Below, piece after piece: positions 9,160 through 19,525 of a stretch of 64,000 nucleotides of DNA (positions are counted from its first letter, which is position 1; every line of letters begins with the position of its first letter). Source of the stretch: Obrimoposthia wandeli (Eukaryota); contig CDROCS010003176.1 in the NCBI GenBank assembly GCA_977020255.1, positions 1 through 64,000 of the forward strand. The letters run 5' to 3'. Both the position numbers and the translations under genes were made by a program. The notes below the pieces were generated by a model. It did not search any database and was not told the DNA's origin. It saw only the letters and a list, made by a program, of their open reading frames with translations.

Positions 9160-10785
9160 TCAACTAGAGTGCTTATCGGCATCTCTTAACTGTTTAAACG
9201 CCACTTTACTTAAACTAAAAAGACGTTTAGCTTGATTGAGGTAATCGGTTTTATCCCCCTCAATTCTTCGACGATTAAGCTGCGTATTAACACCATCTTC
9301 ATACGCAAATTGTAACAGTACCCCTATTTCATCAAGGTTAAATGCCGCCTTATTTTCACTCACGCATACTGGAATAATATGATCAGGCGATAACAATTCT
9401 TGGTTATATTCAACGGCGGCTTTAATGGTGTTAGCTTTGGCTGTTGTCGGCTGCTCTATGTTGTAAGGTGGTTGCCATTCTTGCACAGGCTGAAGGCGAT
9501 CAACTTGATTAACCAATGCCAATATCTGCGGTTTTTTTCGTGATCGGTTTTTCGGTTGTGTATAAAAGTCATCAATAGCCGCTTTTAGATGAGTGTCTAA
9601 TGTTCTGGCTGATTGATTAGCTTTAAGTACCCACAAGACAAGATCACTGTTAGCAATCTGATCAACAATCAAGGCTTCTGTTTTAGGATTGCCATCAATA
9701 CCAGGAAGATCGACCAAATGGATCAGATCGACACCATCGACTTCGCATTTATGAACATGAATACTGTCGGTTGAAGGAATGGCACTGACTTCTGCAACCA
9801 TACTGCCAACCACGGCATTCACCACTGACGATTTACCCGCACTCACTTGCCCAATAACAGCAACACGCAACGGTTCAATATTGGGTTCGACTCGCGCATG
9901 ATCTTTAGTGACAACGTCACTCCCTGCGAGCTCTGCGTCTCTGGCTTTAAAACGACCACTGTATAAATCGATTGCCACAGAAACCACTTCTTGTAACAAC
10001 GACTTCTTCAGGCGATGCTGCACATCGGTGCTCACTTCATCAAAAAGTCGACCAACAATCTGACTTCTGGCTTCGGCAATCCAACCTGCGGGGGTAACGG
10101 CACGAAAGATACGATAGACGTCGTACGCTTTCTTCGCGGTGTCCATTTTGTCTTTGTGTGCATACCCTTGCTTGATAGTGGTTAGCTTTATCTTTTCTGA
10201 GAATGGGATATTTTCTTTAAGGAAGTGACGATAACGATGGCTAACCTCTTCGACCATCAATAAGAACTCTGGTGCTGTAAATGCTAAATCGTGGGCGGTA
10301 GCATTAGGCGCATATTCACGGGCAACGTGAGAGGCTAATTCAAAGCCATGCTCACGCAAACTGCCCCACTCATCATCAGTTTCTAATTTTTGTTGAATCG
10401 TCGTATTGAGCTTTTTCCACACTTGAAGATCAAATTCAGACCATTCTGCATTAGGTTCGACAGTGGCTTTCTCAAAGTCATCATCGGTTAGCGTATTCTG
10501 TTGTGTGCCGTTTCGTTTTTGGTTTTGGTTTTGCTTCGATGGGTCTTGTTCAGAAAAGCGCTGTTTTGCCGCCCTTTGTTTCAAGAAAAGAAACGGCAAA
10601 AAGATAACAAAACAAAACACGGCTGATAAGCCTAAAAATAGCAGCCATTGCCCTTTTTCAAATAATGACACCGCACCAAAAACAGCCAAAATAATGAAGG
10701 GAATGAATATCGCGGTAATCATTAAAGGGATAAAGCCATGAGATAAACGGCTCAATAATCGATAACTATTTTTAAGCTGCTTCAT
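9160..10785 (-). CDS. Membrane-anchored P-loop GTPase (N-terminal 2 TM, C-terminal G domain)
   Basis: G1 GQVSAGKS, G3 DLPG, G4 NQVD; two hydrophobic helices at the N-terminus. Confidence 0.8.
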   Translation of the reverse strand: MKQLKNSYRLLSRLSHGFIPLMITAIFIPFIILAVFGAVSLFEKGQWLLFLGLSAVFCFVIFLPFLFLKQRAAKQRFSEQDPSKQNQNQKRNGTQQNTLTDDDFEKATVEPNAEWSEFDLQVWKKLNTTIQQKLETDDEWGSLREHGFELASHVAREYAPNATAHDLAFTAPEFLLMVEEVSHRYRHFLKENIPFSEKIKLTTIKQGYAHKDKMDTAKKAYDVYRIFRAVTPAGWIAEARSQIVGRLFDEVSTDVQHRLKKSLLQEVVSVAIDLYSGRFKARDAELAGSDVVTKDHARVEPNIEPLRVAVIGQVSAGKSSVVNAVVGSMVAEVSAIPSTDSIHVHKCEVDGVDLIHLVDLPGIDGNPKTEALIVDQIANSDLVLWVLKANQSARTLDTHLKAAIDDFYTQPKNRSRKKPQILALVNQVDRLQPVQEWQPPYNIEQPTTAKANTIKAAVEYNQELLSPDHIIPVCVSENKAAFNLDEIGVLLQFAYEDGVNTQLNRRRIEGDKTDYLNQAKRLFSLSKVAFKQLRDADKHSS

Positions 10786-11984
10786 CGTTTATCCTGTTTG
10801 ATATTTTGTTTGATGCCTTGTTCTCTATTATTGGTATTCTGATTATGGCGCTTTTCTATTGTGTCGGTTTTATGCATCTCCGTTTCAGCAACATTTTTAA
10901 TGCTATCAAATGCTTGCTCAAAAACGGCTTTCATTTCTTCTTTCGTTACCGTTTCGCCTTTGCTCTTATGGTATAGGTATTTACATGCCGCACGACCAAT
11001 CGCGTATGTCGATGAAAAGCTCATTGCAGCTGCTGTTGCACTGCCTATCGTTTGACCATAAAACGGAATGAATTTCACCAACTGGCGAATCCCCAACTTC
11101 GAGAGATACTGCACCATAAAACCTGTGCCTAATGTGCCTATAAACTCAATAAAATCTTGTTTCGTCCATTCGATACCGTATTGATTGCCTAAACTGTGCA
11201 GCATTTTCCCTTGTATAGCGGGTACTGAGACAAAGCCTACCGCTGGAATAGCATCACTTGCACCAGCAGCGCCTGCGCACCACAGTACTTCGGTTTTCAG
11301 TTTATTGAAATTACCTTCTTCACGAGAAATATGTGCTTTGGTATTCGTGAATAAACTTAAAATAGGTAGCATATCTGCCAAGGTGGTTTTCAGCGTATCA
11401 AGCCCAATAACGTCACCCGTTTCTGGTGAGAAGTCGGCTTGAATGGACTGTACTGACCCACCCCACACATGTTCAACTTGGGTTTGATTGTGCAAAATCG
11501 CTTGTTGTTGCTCGGTATACGTTCCCAACGAACCAATAGCGGTGTGGACAATCAGAAGATGCTTTATATCACCTGATTTTTTAATCTGTTTAAGTGCATT
11601 CAGTACATCACTTTGTTCTGGCTCTTCTGCTTTTAGTACCACAATTAATGCATGGCTTCGATCTTTACAGGTTTGAATATCTTCATGAGGATCGTAATCA
11701 GATTCAGAGAGGCCACGCGTATCAAGAAAACATAATAATGGGTTTTCAGCAGGATAATGATAGCTATGTGCCGTTTGGGTACAAGGTTGAAAACCATTAC
11801 CAACTTCAACAGCAGAGTTACCCGTTAAGGCTTGAATTAACGTCGATTTACCCGCGCCTGTTTTACCTAACAACCACAATGTAGGTAAATGCTGCTGCCA
11901 TTGTGTGAACGCAGGTTCGATATCAGGGTTCACTGACGGATTCATGTAACTAAACACTTTCTTGAAAAAGCTATTCATTGCCAT
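10782..11984 (-). CDS. GTPase fused to DUF697/YcjF-like C-terminal domain
   Basis: G1 GKTGAGKS, G2 PCT, G3 DTRG; C-terminal AAGASDAIPAVGFVSVPAIQGKML..IPFYGQTIG..TYAIG pattern. Confidence 0.75.
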   Translation of the reverse strand: MAMNSFFKKVFSYMNPSVNPDIEPAFTQWQQHLPTLWLLGKTGAGKSTLIQALTGNSAVEVGNGFQPCTQTAHSYHYPAENPLLCFLDTRGLSESDYDPHEDIQTCKDRSHALIVVLKAEEPEQSDVLNALKQIKKSGDIKHLLIVHTAIGSLGTYTEQQQAILHNQTQVEHVWGGSVQSIQADFSPETGDVIGLDTLKTTLADMLPILSLFTNTKAHISREEGNFNKLKTEVLWCAGAAGASDAIPAVGFVSVPAIQGKMLHSLGNQYGIEWTKQDFIEFIGTLGTGFMVQYLSKLGIRQLVKFIPFYGQTIGSATAAAMSFSSTYAIGRAACKYLYHKSKGETVTKEEMKAVFEQAFDSIKNVAETEMHKTDTIEKRHNQNTNNREQGIKQNIKQDKR

Positions 11985-12016
11985 ACGTGATTCTTATTCT
12001 CTACTTACGTGATGCA

Positions 12017-12055
12017 TATACCCAAGTTACCTTAAGATGCTCGTTTCAGCGAGAA
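12017..12055 (+). repeat. MITE/ERIC-like repeat family 1, terminal copy
   Basis: TATACCCAAGTTACCTTAAGATGC; the same terminus recurs at 32440, 52914, 55597 and 57392. Confidence 0.75.
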
Positions 12056-12139
12056 TTTGTTGGGATCTTGGCAAGATGCTGATATATAAACCCTGTGTGT
12101 CTTTATTCTCTTTATTCAATACCTTTACAAGGCCGTTGC

Positions 12140-12175
12140 AAAAAAGGCTAAAGCACCATAGATGCTTTAGCCTTT
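12140..12175 (-). terminator. Intrinsic terminator of the efflux/channel operon
   Basis: A-tract plus GGCTAAAGCA..TGCTTTAGCC 10-bp stem. Confidence 0.8.
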
Positions 12176-12226
12176 CGTTATATTTGCAACTTTACTTATA
12201 ACAATGTTTAGTACAAATAAAGACGG

Positions 12227-13348
12227 TTAATCTTTCGCCTCAACCAGATCTTCTTTAGCCGCTTCTAATGGGGTTTCATCTTGATCTAACTTCAACCAAG
12301 TCACGAATAGTTCATACCAAATAGCCAGTACAACCGCGCCAAGGAATAAACCAATAATACCTGCCGCCAACATACCACCGATAGCACCAATCAAAATAAC
12401 AGGCATAGGTACATCAACCCCACGCCCCATTAGCATTGGTTTTAAGAAATTATCAGATATACCCGCGAGCAGTACCCAAACCGTGAAGATAGTTGCCGGT
12501 GTGGTGTCTTGTGTCGAGAATACATAAAAGATAACGGGGGCTACAATAATAAGCGCTGGAAGCTGAGCAATACCCAAAATCAACACGCCGAGTGTAATTA
12601 AGCCCGCAGCGGGTACACCGAATACGAACATTCCTGCGCCCACCAGCATTGACTGAATAAAGGCAACGCCAACAACACCGAGTAATACACTACGAATGGT
12701 AGCTGCTGTCAGTGTTGTCCACTCTTCACCGTGTTTTCCTACAACACGGACAGCTAACGTACCGATGGCTTCAGAACACGCTTTAGAGTGCGTCATGAAA
12801 CCCGCAGCAATCGCCAATGAAATAATAAACATCACTAAGGTTGCTAAACTACTGCCCACTAAAGATGCCATTGTGCCGACTGCGCTTTTAATTTCAGGCA
12901 GGAAGTGCGTGACGGCTTTTTCTAAATTCGTCGAAAATAAAGACCACACTTCAAACAACTTATCACCAATAACGGGAATATCAGCAATGCGTTGTGTGGG
13001 GCCTGGGATTTTAATTTCGCCGCTTTGTACTACGTCAGTTAAATGGGTTACTGCATCAAAAATAGACCCTGACACCAAAACAAAAGGGGCAACTAACAAT
13101 GTAATACCCAGTAATGCCAATATTGTTGCCGACAAACCACGTCGACCGCCTAGCATATTTTCCAGTTTTTGAGTTAACGGTAATAGCGCAACGGCAATAA
13201 TTGCACCCCATAACACGGGGATAACGAACGGCTTAATAATGTCATACGTCCACGCAATTAGGATAAACAACAATCCAATTCGAATGGCAGATTCCACCAT
13301 ATTATTGACAAATATTTTACTCTGCTTAACGTCTATTTGTTTATCCAT
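12227..13348 (-). CDS. AI-2E family transporter
   Basis: Multi-TM; DNFLKPMLMGR..MPVILIGAIGG..GIIGLFLG motif. Confidence 0.9.
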   Translation of the reverse strand: MDKQIDVKQSKIFVNNMVESAIRIGLLFILIAWTYDIIKPFVIPVLWGAIIAVALLPLTQKLENMLGGRRGLSATILALLGITLLVAPFVLVSGSIFDAVTHLTDVVQSGEIKIPGPTQRIADIPVIGDKLFEVWSLFSTNLEKAVTHFLPEIKSAVGTMASLVGSSLATLVMFIISLAIAAGFMTHSKACSEAIGTLAVRVVGKHGEEWTTLTAATIRSVLLGVVGVAFIQSMLVGAGMFVFGVPAAGLITLGVLILGIAQLPALIIVAPVIFYVFSTQDTTPATIFTVWVLLAGISDNFLKPMLMGRGVDVPMPVILIGAIGGMLAAGIIGLFLGAVVLAIWYELFVTWLKLDQDETPLEAAKEDLVEAKD

Positions 13349-13349
13349 T

Positions 13350-14063
13350 TTATTTCTCTTCCTGATTACTTTGACTTGAACTCACTAAACTGGCGACAAC
13401 AATCGCCATATAAAATACGCCAGCAATTGCTTCAAGATAGACAACAACTTGTGCAATCGGTGATAAAGGGCTGATATCGCCATAACCTAATGTGGTTAAG
13501 GTGACAAAACTGAAATAAGCCATGCGAGAGAAGTTCTCTCCCCACGGGGCGGCAGTCATACCTGTAAATGCTTCAGGTGAAAATTCCATGACTAACAGAT
13601 AAATAATGGTCCACATTAAGCCTAAAAGCAGAAATAACGAGACAGAACCCACGACTTTGTTGCTATCAACACTACCAGTGAATAATATTTGTCGTGCAAC
13701 GGATTTAAACGTGCCGAGGAAAAAGCTAAACATTAGCCCCAGCATAACTAAATCCATTTCCTTTACGCCTAACCAGTTCCGAATAATCGTGGCAACTAAC
13801 CAGCATCCAGCCAGTGTCATCATGAATCGGTACCAATTTTTATCAAATCGTAGACTCACTAAACAGACCAGAAATGTAAGCGCAGTAAAACCTTCCAATA
13901 TATATTCAAGTAGACCAAATTTATTCGGTAATACCGCCACTAACGACGTACTCACTAATAGCATGACAAGTGCCACTGTCATGTAATAGAAATTGTTCTC
14001 TGTGTTTATTTTCTTTTTAATAACCCTTCTCTTATGATGGTTATTTGTTTCTACGGTCATCAT
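13350..14063 (-). CDS. Potassium channel family protein (Ion_trans_2)
   Basis: Pore loop YFSFVTLTTLGYGDISP preceded by extra TM helices; no RCK domain. Confidence 0.85.
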   Translation of the reverse strand: MMTVETNNHHKRRVIKKKINTENNFYYMTVALVMLLVSTSLVAVLPNKFGLLEYILEGFTALTFLVCLVSLRFDKNWYRFMMTLAGCWLVATIIRNWLGVKEMDLVMLGLMFSFFLGTFKSVARQILFTGSVDSNKVVGSVSLFLLLGLMWTIIYLLVMEFSPEAFTGMTAAPWGENFSRMAYFSFVTLTTLGYGDISPLSPIAQVVVYLEAIAGVFYMAIVVASLVSSSQSNQEEK

Positions 14064-14108
14064 TAGCCTCGCAGTTATTATTTGAAATCGGGGGTGAAAT
14101 ATTCACAT

Positions 14109-15005
14109 TTATTCTTCTGATTGTTCTTGCTGCACCATAATGGATGCAGATAAACCAAACCGTAGTGCAACACCTTCAGGTAATTCATCAAGGGCAATAC
14201 GAACAGGAATTCGTTGTGCTAATCGGATCCACTGAAAAACAGGGTTCACATTAGGCAATAAGTTATACCCTACGGTGCCGTCTTTCGGGGCTATACCCCA
14301 TCCTAACGATTCAACAACCGCATCAATGGGTTTGTCGGGATGTGCCATTAGCGTGACTTTAGCTTTACTGCCAATTTGTATTTGCTCTAACTGGTTTTCA
14401 CGAAAGTAGCCAAATACCCAGAAGCTATTACTATCGACTAACGCAATTAACGGCTGATTGGCAACAGCTTGCGTGCCATTACGAATATCAACATTGGACA
14501 CGTAGCCATCAACCGATGCATGCACATTGGTAAATTCCATGTTCAACTTAGCCGCTTTTAATTGCTCTTCTGCTGACTTAATTTGCAACAGCGATTCTTC
14601 GTAGGCGATTTGGCGGCGCACAAGATCTTTATGAGACACCGCCCCTTTATCTTTCGCGCGAATATCCAGCAATCGATCGTATTCGATCTTTTTTCCGCGC
14701 GAACTTATTTTTGAACGAGCAAGTGATACTTCAGCTTGCGATAAAGAAATCGCATACGTGCTGGGATCAATTTGGAACAGTAAAGCACCTTTACGTACAA
14801 ATTGGTTATCATTTACCGCCACATTCACTATGGGGCCTGAAACACGAGGCGCTACTTTGATTATATTTGCTCGTACCTGACCGTCGCGTGTCCATGGGTT
14901 ATTGAAATACTCTTCATATTTCTGATACCCCAGATAAATTGCGCCTCCTATGATTAGGATATTAAGCGCTATAACGAATAGTTTTTTTATCTTGTTCAAA
15001 ATCAC
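14109..15005 (-). CDS. HlyD/AaeA-like membrane fusion protein
   Basis: PWTRDGQVRA..VAPRVSG and WIRLAQRIPVRI motifs. Confidence 0.9.
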   Translation of the reverse strand: MILNKIKKLFVIALNILIIGGAIYLGYQKYEEYFNNPWTRDGQVRANIIKVAPRVSGPIVNVAVNDNQFVRKGALLFQIDPSTYAISLSQAEVSLARSKISSRGKKIEYDRLLDIRAKDKGAVSHKDLVRRQIAYEESLLQIKSAEEQLKAAKLNMEFTNVHASVDGYVSNVDIRNGTQAVANQPLIALVDSNSFWVFGYFRENQLEQIQIGSKAKVTLMAHPDKPIDAVVESLGWGIAPKDGTVGYNLLPNVNPVFQWIRLAQRIPVRIALDELPEGVALRFGLSASIMVQQEQSEE

Positions 15006-15007
15006 AC

Positions 15008-15217
15008 CTAAAATCGTAAAAAGAAACTATCAATAGCGACCACATAAAAAACAGAAATCGCGATAAACGTAATGGATGGAAATGCTATTAATCGAGATAG
15101 CCGCGTTTTATTTAAAATAGCGACGGTTATCCATGTTGCAATAATGGCAATAATCATCACTAATAAAAGAGGTGAATAGTAAATATCACCTATTTGTAAT
15201 TCATGAGGGATCTGCAC
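15008..15217 (-). CDS. DUF1656/AaeX-like small membrane protein
   Basis: 69 aa, PHELQIGDIYYSPLL with 2 TM, located between the OMF and MFP genes. Confidence 0.75.
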   Translation of the reverse strand: MQIPHELQIGDIYYSPLLLVMIIAIIATWITVAILNKTRLSRLIAFPSITFIAISVFYVVAIDSFFLRF

Positions 15218-16881
15218 TATTCCGCCCCCTCATTGTTTGTCGAATCAGTAAAGCCGAGTTCTTCTTCAAACAAGGGTTTGGGTTGCTTAACGGGATCGGG
15301 CAATAATGGTGGCAATACTTGAGGATTATCTAACTTATCTCCCCAGTCTGTTCTTTCTTTCATTTGCTGAATTTGAGCATCTTTAATAAACGCTTTACCT
15401 GTGTTCGCTTCCCAACCACCGCCTAGTGCTTTGTATAACGCCACAACCTGATTTGCGACATTGCCTTTGATTTGCGCGTAGCTGTCTTCACTTCGCGTCA
15501 TGGTTTCTACCGAGTTCAACAAACGTTCAAACGTAATCTGTCCGTTTTCATATTGCGTCATAGAAATATTGTAGGCACGTACTGCTGAGCTAACAGAACT
15601 TAAACGAAGGGCTTTTTGCTGTTGGTATAACTCGTAAGATTCCAATGCATTACTGACTTCTTGAACGGCTACTAACACTTTTTTATTATAGTTTGTCAGG
15701 CTTTCTTGGAAACGGGCATCTTCTAAACGCACATTATTTTTCACTCGGCCGTATTGAAATATATTCCAAGAAAAACTCGGACCTGCCGCTAGCGTAAGTG
15801 AATCACTAAAACTAAAGCTTGTACCCGATTGCACTGTACTGTTGATACCAATTGAACCGAACAAAGAGAAACTCGGGTATAACGCCGATTCTGCAACGCC
15901 AATTTGGGCACTTTGCGCATGTGCTTGTAACTCGGCAACCTGTAAATCAGGGCGGCGAAGCACTAATGATGCATCAACACTTGTACTCATACCTGGGGCA
16001 CGAGGCACCAATGAGTAATCATCATAACTCGCGGCTGTACGCTTTGAATTGGCTTGAGAATACCCCGTGTTATACGCCTTCATTCGAGCCTCAATAGAGT
16101 CAGAATAAAGCAAGGGCTCAGCCTCGTAAGGCATAACACCTAACAATACCGCCAATGCATTTCGAGCCTGATTCATGCCAATTTCTAATGATGGCAATGC
16201 CGCTTGCGTGCCATATAACTGACTTTTTGCTTGCTGAATATCGAGCTCGGTAACATTGCCAGAATCAAATTGAACCTGAGTAATATTAACTACGCGTTCT
16301 TGCACTTCAATATTGCGTTTTGATAATAAAATACGTTCTTGGAATGTACGGTAGTTAACATAATTACGCGCTACCTCGGCAGAAATAGTCACCGCAATAT
16401 CATTGTAAGATGCAATAGTTGCATACATTGCGGCTTCAGCAGATTCAATACCGCGTGAATATTTGCCCCAAATATCCATTTCCCAGCCAGCATCAAAAGA
16501 TAAGGCAGCGTTGTTAAATGAATTTTCATTGTTGTAAGCACGCGCTAAGTTACCCGATACGGTTTGTACTTGTGGGTAACGGAACGAATCAGAAATACCC
16601 AATATCATTCGTGCTTGCAGAATACGTAACCCGGCCGATTCAAGATCAAGGTTTTGCTGGTTAGCACGTTCAACCAAGGTATTTAATGTAGGATCATTAA
16701 ATTGCATCCACCATTGTTCAATATTCTTGTTCGCTTGCTCGGTATCATTTTGAGTCCAAGCCTCTGGCATTTTTACTGACTCGATAGCCTTATAATCAGG
16801 CCCTACAACGGTACAAGCTGTTAAGCTGTATAACGGCAGTATAGTGATACATGTTTTTAAGTATTTCTTAAACATTGCCAT
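15217..16881 (-). CDS. Efflux outer-membrane factor lipoprotein (NodT/OprM family)
   Basis: Lipobox LTAC-TVVGPDY, WW.QFNDP.L, WEMDIWG, RRPDL, LYKALGGGW. Confidence 0.9.
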   Translation of the reverse strand: MAMFKKYLKTCITILPLYSLTACTVVGPDYKAIESVKMPEAWTQNDTEQANKNIEQWWMQFNDPTLNTLVERANQQNLDLESAGLRILQARMILGISDSFRYPQVQTVSGNLARAYNNENSFNNAALSFDAGWEMDIWGKYSRGIESAEAAMYATIASYNDIAVTISAEVARNYVNYRTFQERILLSKRNIEVQERVVNITQVQFDSGNVTELDIQQAKSQLYGTQAALPSLEIGMNQARNALAVLLGVMPYEAEPLLYSDSIEARMKAYNTGYSQANSKRTAASYDDYSLVPRAPGMSTSVDASLVLRRPDLQVAELQAHAQSAQIGVAESALYPSFSLFGSIGINSTVQSGTSFSFSDSLTLAAGPSFSWNIFQYGRVKNNVRLEDARFQESLTNYNKKVLVAVQEVSNALESYELYQQQKALRLSSVSSAVRAYNISMTQYENGQITFERLLNSVETMTRSEDSYAQIKGNVANQVVALYKALGGGWEANTGKAFIKDAQIQQMKERTDWGDKLDNPQVLPPLLPDPVKQPKPLFEEELGFTDSTNNEGAE

Positions 16882-16885
16882 ATCC

Positions 16886-19180
16886 CTAAAACCTCTTCTG
16901 TCGCAAATTCACCCAACTGATATCCTCGTACGCTACTTTGCATTGATTCATCGCTTCAAAGACATTCTTCTTTAAATTCAGGAAAATATATAATCCTGCT
17001 ATATCTGTATGAGAATAGTCACTCAAATCCAAGCCATTGAAAAAGCTTTCAAGTTTTTCTTCAGTGCTCTCATAATTAATAGTATAAGAATGAAAAATTT
17101 CATTCAGTGCTTCGTTTTTACGCCCACTCGCCAAAGATTGCGCCATGTGCGGTAATACTTGATCGGTGTAGGTTTCTCTTACTTTGTTAACTAACATATT
17201 TGTTTGGAATTTTTGGTCAGCCATTACAAATGTGTTCAGGTGGTTATTTAATAAATTGCATGCACCTGTAAATTTCACGAGTGCTTCTGGTGAGGTTTGA
17301 TCAAAATATTTATGATTAATTTTACTGCTCCACATCATCATTTTTTTCACCGTCGCATTCATCGTGACGACATGCCACCGACAACGTAAACGACTAAACA
17401 ATGAGGGGTTATGTATTTGGTGCGAGCGCAAAACCCCCATTACATGCCTGAAAAAACGCTCTTTCATGACAAGAAAAAGGTGTTCAGGTCGGGATGAAAA
17501 TGGAAAGTAATAAGAGAAGATAATCATGAATACGACAAGATAAAACAACAACATAATAGTAAGAATTACGCCGAAGTGGTAATTCATCGTATTATCGATA
17601 CCTAAAATAAACAGTCCCAATAAAAAGAAAATAGTGACAGGGCCTTTGAACAAATAAAATGCCGCAAAAGTATAGATAAAGAGAAAGGCACCCAGCTCTA
17701 TACCTAACGACAGTTGAGGTAAAATAAAGACATAGGCAGGTACGGCAAACAAGAAACCAAAAGTAAATAACACTAACAACAACACAGGATGAACGGGTAA
17801 GTAAGATAATACCGATGCAAAAATTGTGGCAAAAATAACAAAACTGTATCCCCCTGGAGGATTAAAATAAATCCATAAAATACCGGCAACCCAGTAAGTC
17901 ACAAAAACCTTAATCGCTGTTTTTGCATTTTCAGCATCCCACAGTAAAAATCGCCCCTGTTTCTTAGGAAACGTTTCATTAAAAGAGACACGCCCTGTTA
18001 GTGAGTCGATGCAACTTGCTGTTACTGCTAAGCGTGATAGTTTTTCGTGTAAAGTATTAATCAAATACCCAAACGTAATAACAGAACCCTTTTCAAGATG
18101 ACTACACTGCGATAATTTTTGTGTATTAATATCGACCTTTAAGGGTTCCCCCATCTCACGTACTGTATCTTTATCATCCCATGCGTTTTGCGATGCGGTA
18201 AATAAAGCATCTATTCGTGATACGGCATCTTGGTAGTCGTTAATTAGGGAAGGCATATCGATAGATTGTTCATCTTTGCTTTCTGCAACGAAAATAAGTA
18301 GAAGCGTCACTTGTTTGTAGTAAAACAGCGCCAAATCCCACTCTTTTTTATACGAAGACAGGTCACTGCATTCTGTACTTATTGTGCTGTATCTTTGCTC
18401 TAAAGCATTCTGTGCCGCATAAAGCTGTTTAATTGCATCTTGTAAGGGAATTTCTTTGGCCTCTGGCTCGTCGGTTGCTTCCAGTGCATCTTCATTTTTT
18501 TCGTCTGGATTTTTATCTTCTGGTTGTTCATTTATACTTTGAACATCTGACGGAACAGCAATTAAACGGCTAAAAAGTGTTTGTTGTATCTGGCTTAAAT
18601 CATCGGCGAGCTTACGTAAGTTTTGTTCTGTTTTAGTCGGGAAAACAAATACACCGACCAAGGTATAAATTATAACGCCAAACGATGTCATGAAAGTACG
18701 ATCGACACCGTATGTAAATGCACCAGTAGCATCACCACCATTTGACATCATCAACACCATTACACCGGTTAACATGAACAGTGTCGGATCTTGTTTGTAA
18801 GCATTACGGATATAAAACACAAAAGAAATAACAATGGATACCGCTAGCATGTACAGCAAGCGGTCTTGCGCGAATAACCCAACCAGCAATAATCCAATGA
18901 TCGCGCCGACGATAGTACCAAGCACACGTAATGTGCCTTTAGCGAGAGATTCACGGCGGCTGCCAGTAGATGCGATAAGCATAACGGTTGTTGCCGCGGT
19001 TGACGCTTGAGGCCAGCCCATTGCCATTGGAATTAAAAAAGCCAACGTTAGGCTCAGTGCAACTTTAGAGGCGAACTTAAACTTCTCGCTTAAGCAAAAA
19101 GGGATCAGCCAGTTGTTAAATGTGAGTATTGACCTTAAAATATTAGGTTGTTCCAATTGTTTGGTGTCTCTAACTGACAT
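16886..19180 (-). CDS. FUSC/AaeB-like inner-membrane efflux protein
   Basis: KFASKVALS..AATTVMLIA..KGTLRVLGTIVG and a second TM cluster. Confidence 0.85.
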   Translation of the reverse strand: MSVRDTKQLEQPNILRSILTFNNWLIPFCLSEKFKFASKVALSLTLAFLIPMAMGWPQASTAATTVMLIASTGSRRESLAKGTLRVLGTIVGAIIGLLLVGLFAQDRLLYMLAVSIVISFVFYIRNAYKQDPTLFMLTGVMVLMMSNGGDATGAFTYGVDRTFMTSFGVIIYTLVGVFVFPTKTEQNLRKLADDLSQIQQTLFSRLIAVPSDVQSINEQPEDKNPDEKNEDALEATDEPEAKEIPLQDAIKQLYAAQNALEQRYSTISTECSDLSSYKKEWDLALFYYKQVTLLLIFVAESKDEQSIDMPSLINDYQDAVSRIDALFTASQNAWDDKDTVREMGEPLKVDINTQKLSQCSHLEKGSVITFGYLINTLHEKLSRLAVTASCIDSLTGRVSFNETFPKKQGRFLLWDAENAKTAIKVFVTYWVAGILWIYFNPPGGYSFVIFATIFASVLSYLPVHPVLLLVLFTFGFLFAVPAYVFILPQLSLGIELGAFLFIYTFAAFYLFKGPVTIFFLLGLFILGIDNTMNYHFGVILTIMLLFYLVVFMIIFSYYFPFSSRPEHLFLVMKERFFRHVMGVLRSHQIHNPSLFSRLRCRWHVVTMNATVKKMMMWSSKINHKYFDQTSPEALVKFTGACNLLNNHLNTFVMADQKFQTNMLVNKVRETYTDQVLPHMAQSLASGRKNEALNEIFHSYTINYESTEEKLESFFNGLDLSDYSHTDIAGLYIFLNLKKNVFEAMNQCKVAYEDISWVNLRQKRF

Positions 19181-19406
19181 CCATATTCCTTATCAAATAA
19201 ATCACGTTTGGCACATCTCAAGGTTAGGTCAAAACAGGAAATTAGCGTAATTAAATGTTTCAATCTACTGATAAATAGGGATTCAAAAAATATTCAGATC
19301 TTTTAATTTCACCTAAAATAGTAAAAACAAAAAAGTTCTAACTCATGAAGTTCCAAAACATTCAAAGAAGATAAAGGAATATGAAAGAGGCAAGCAGTTT
19401 AAACGC

Positions 19407-19421
19407 AGTTACTTGGGTATA
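19407..19421 (-). repeat. Repeat family 1, partial terminus
   Basis: Reverse strand TATACCCAAGTAACT. Confidence 0.5.
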
Positions 19422-19525
19422 CGTGATAGATGAATATAAAAAATCCCCAATACATTCATATTGAGGATTTGAAAAATATGTTCTTTCTATATATCGATAG
19501 GAAGACTAATACTTCGATTAATACT

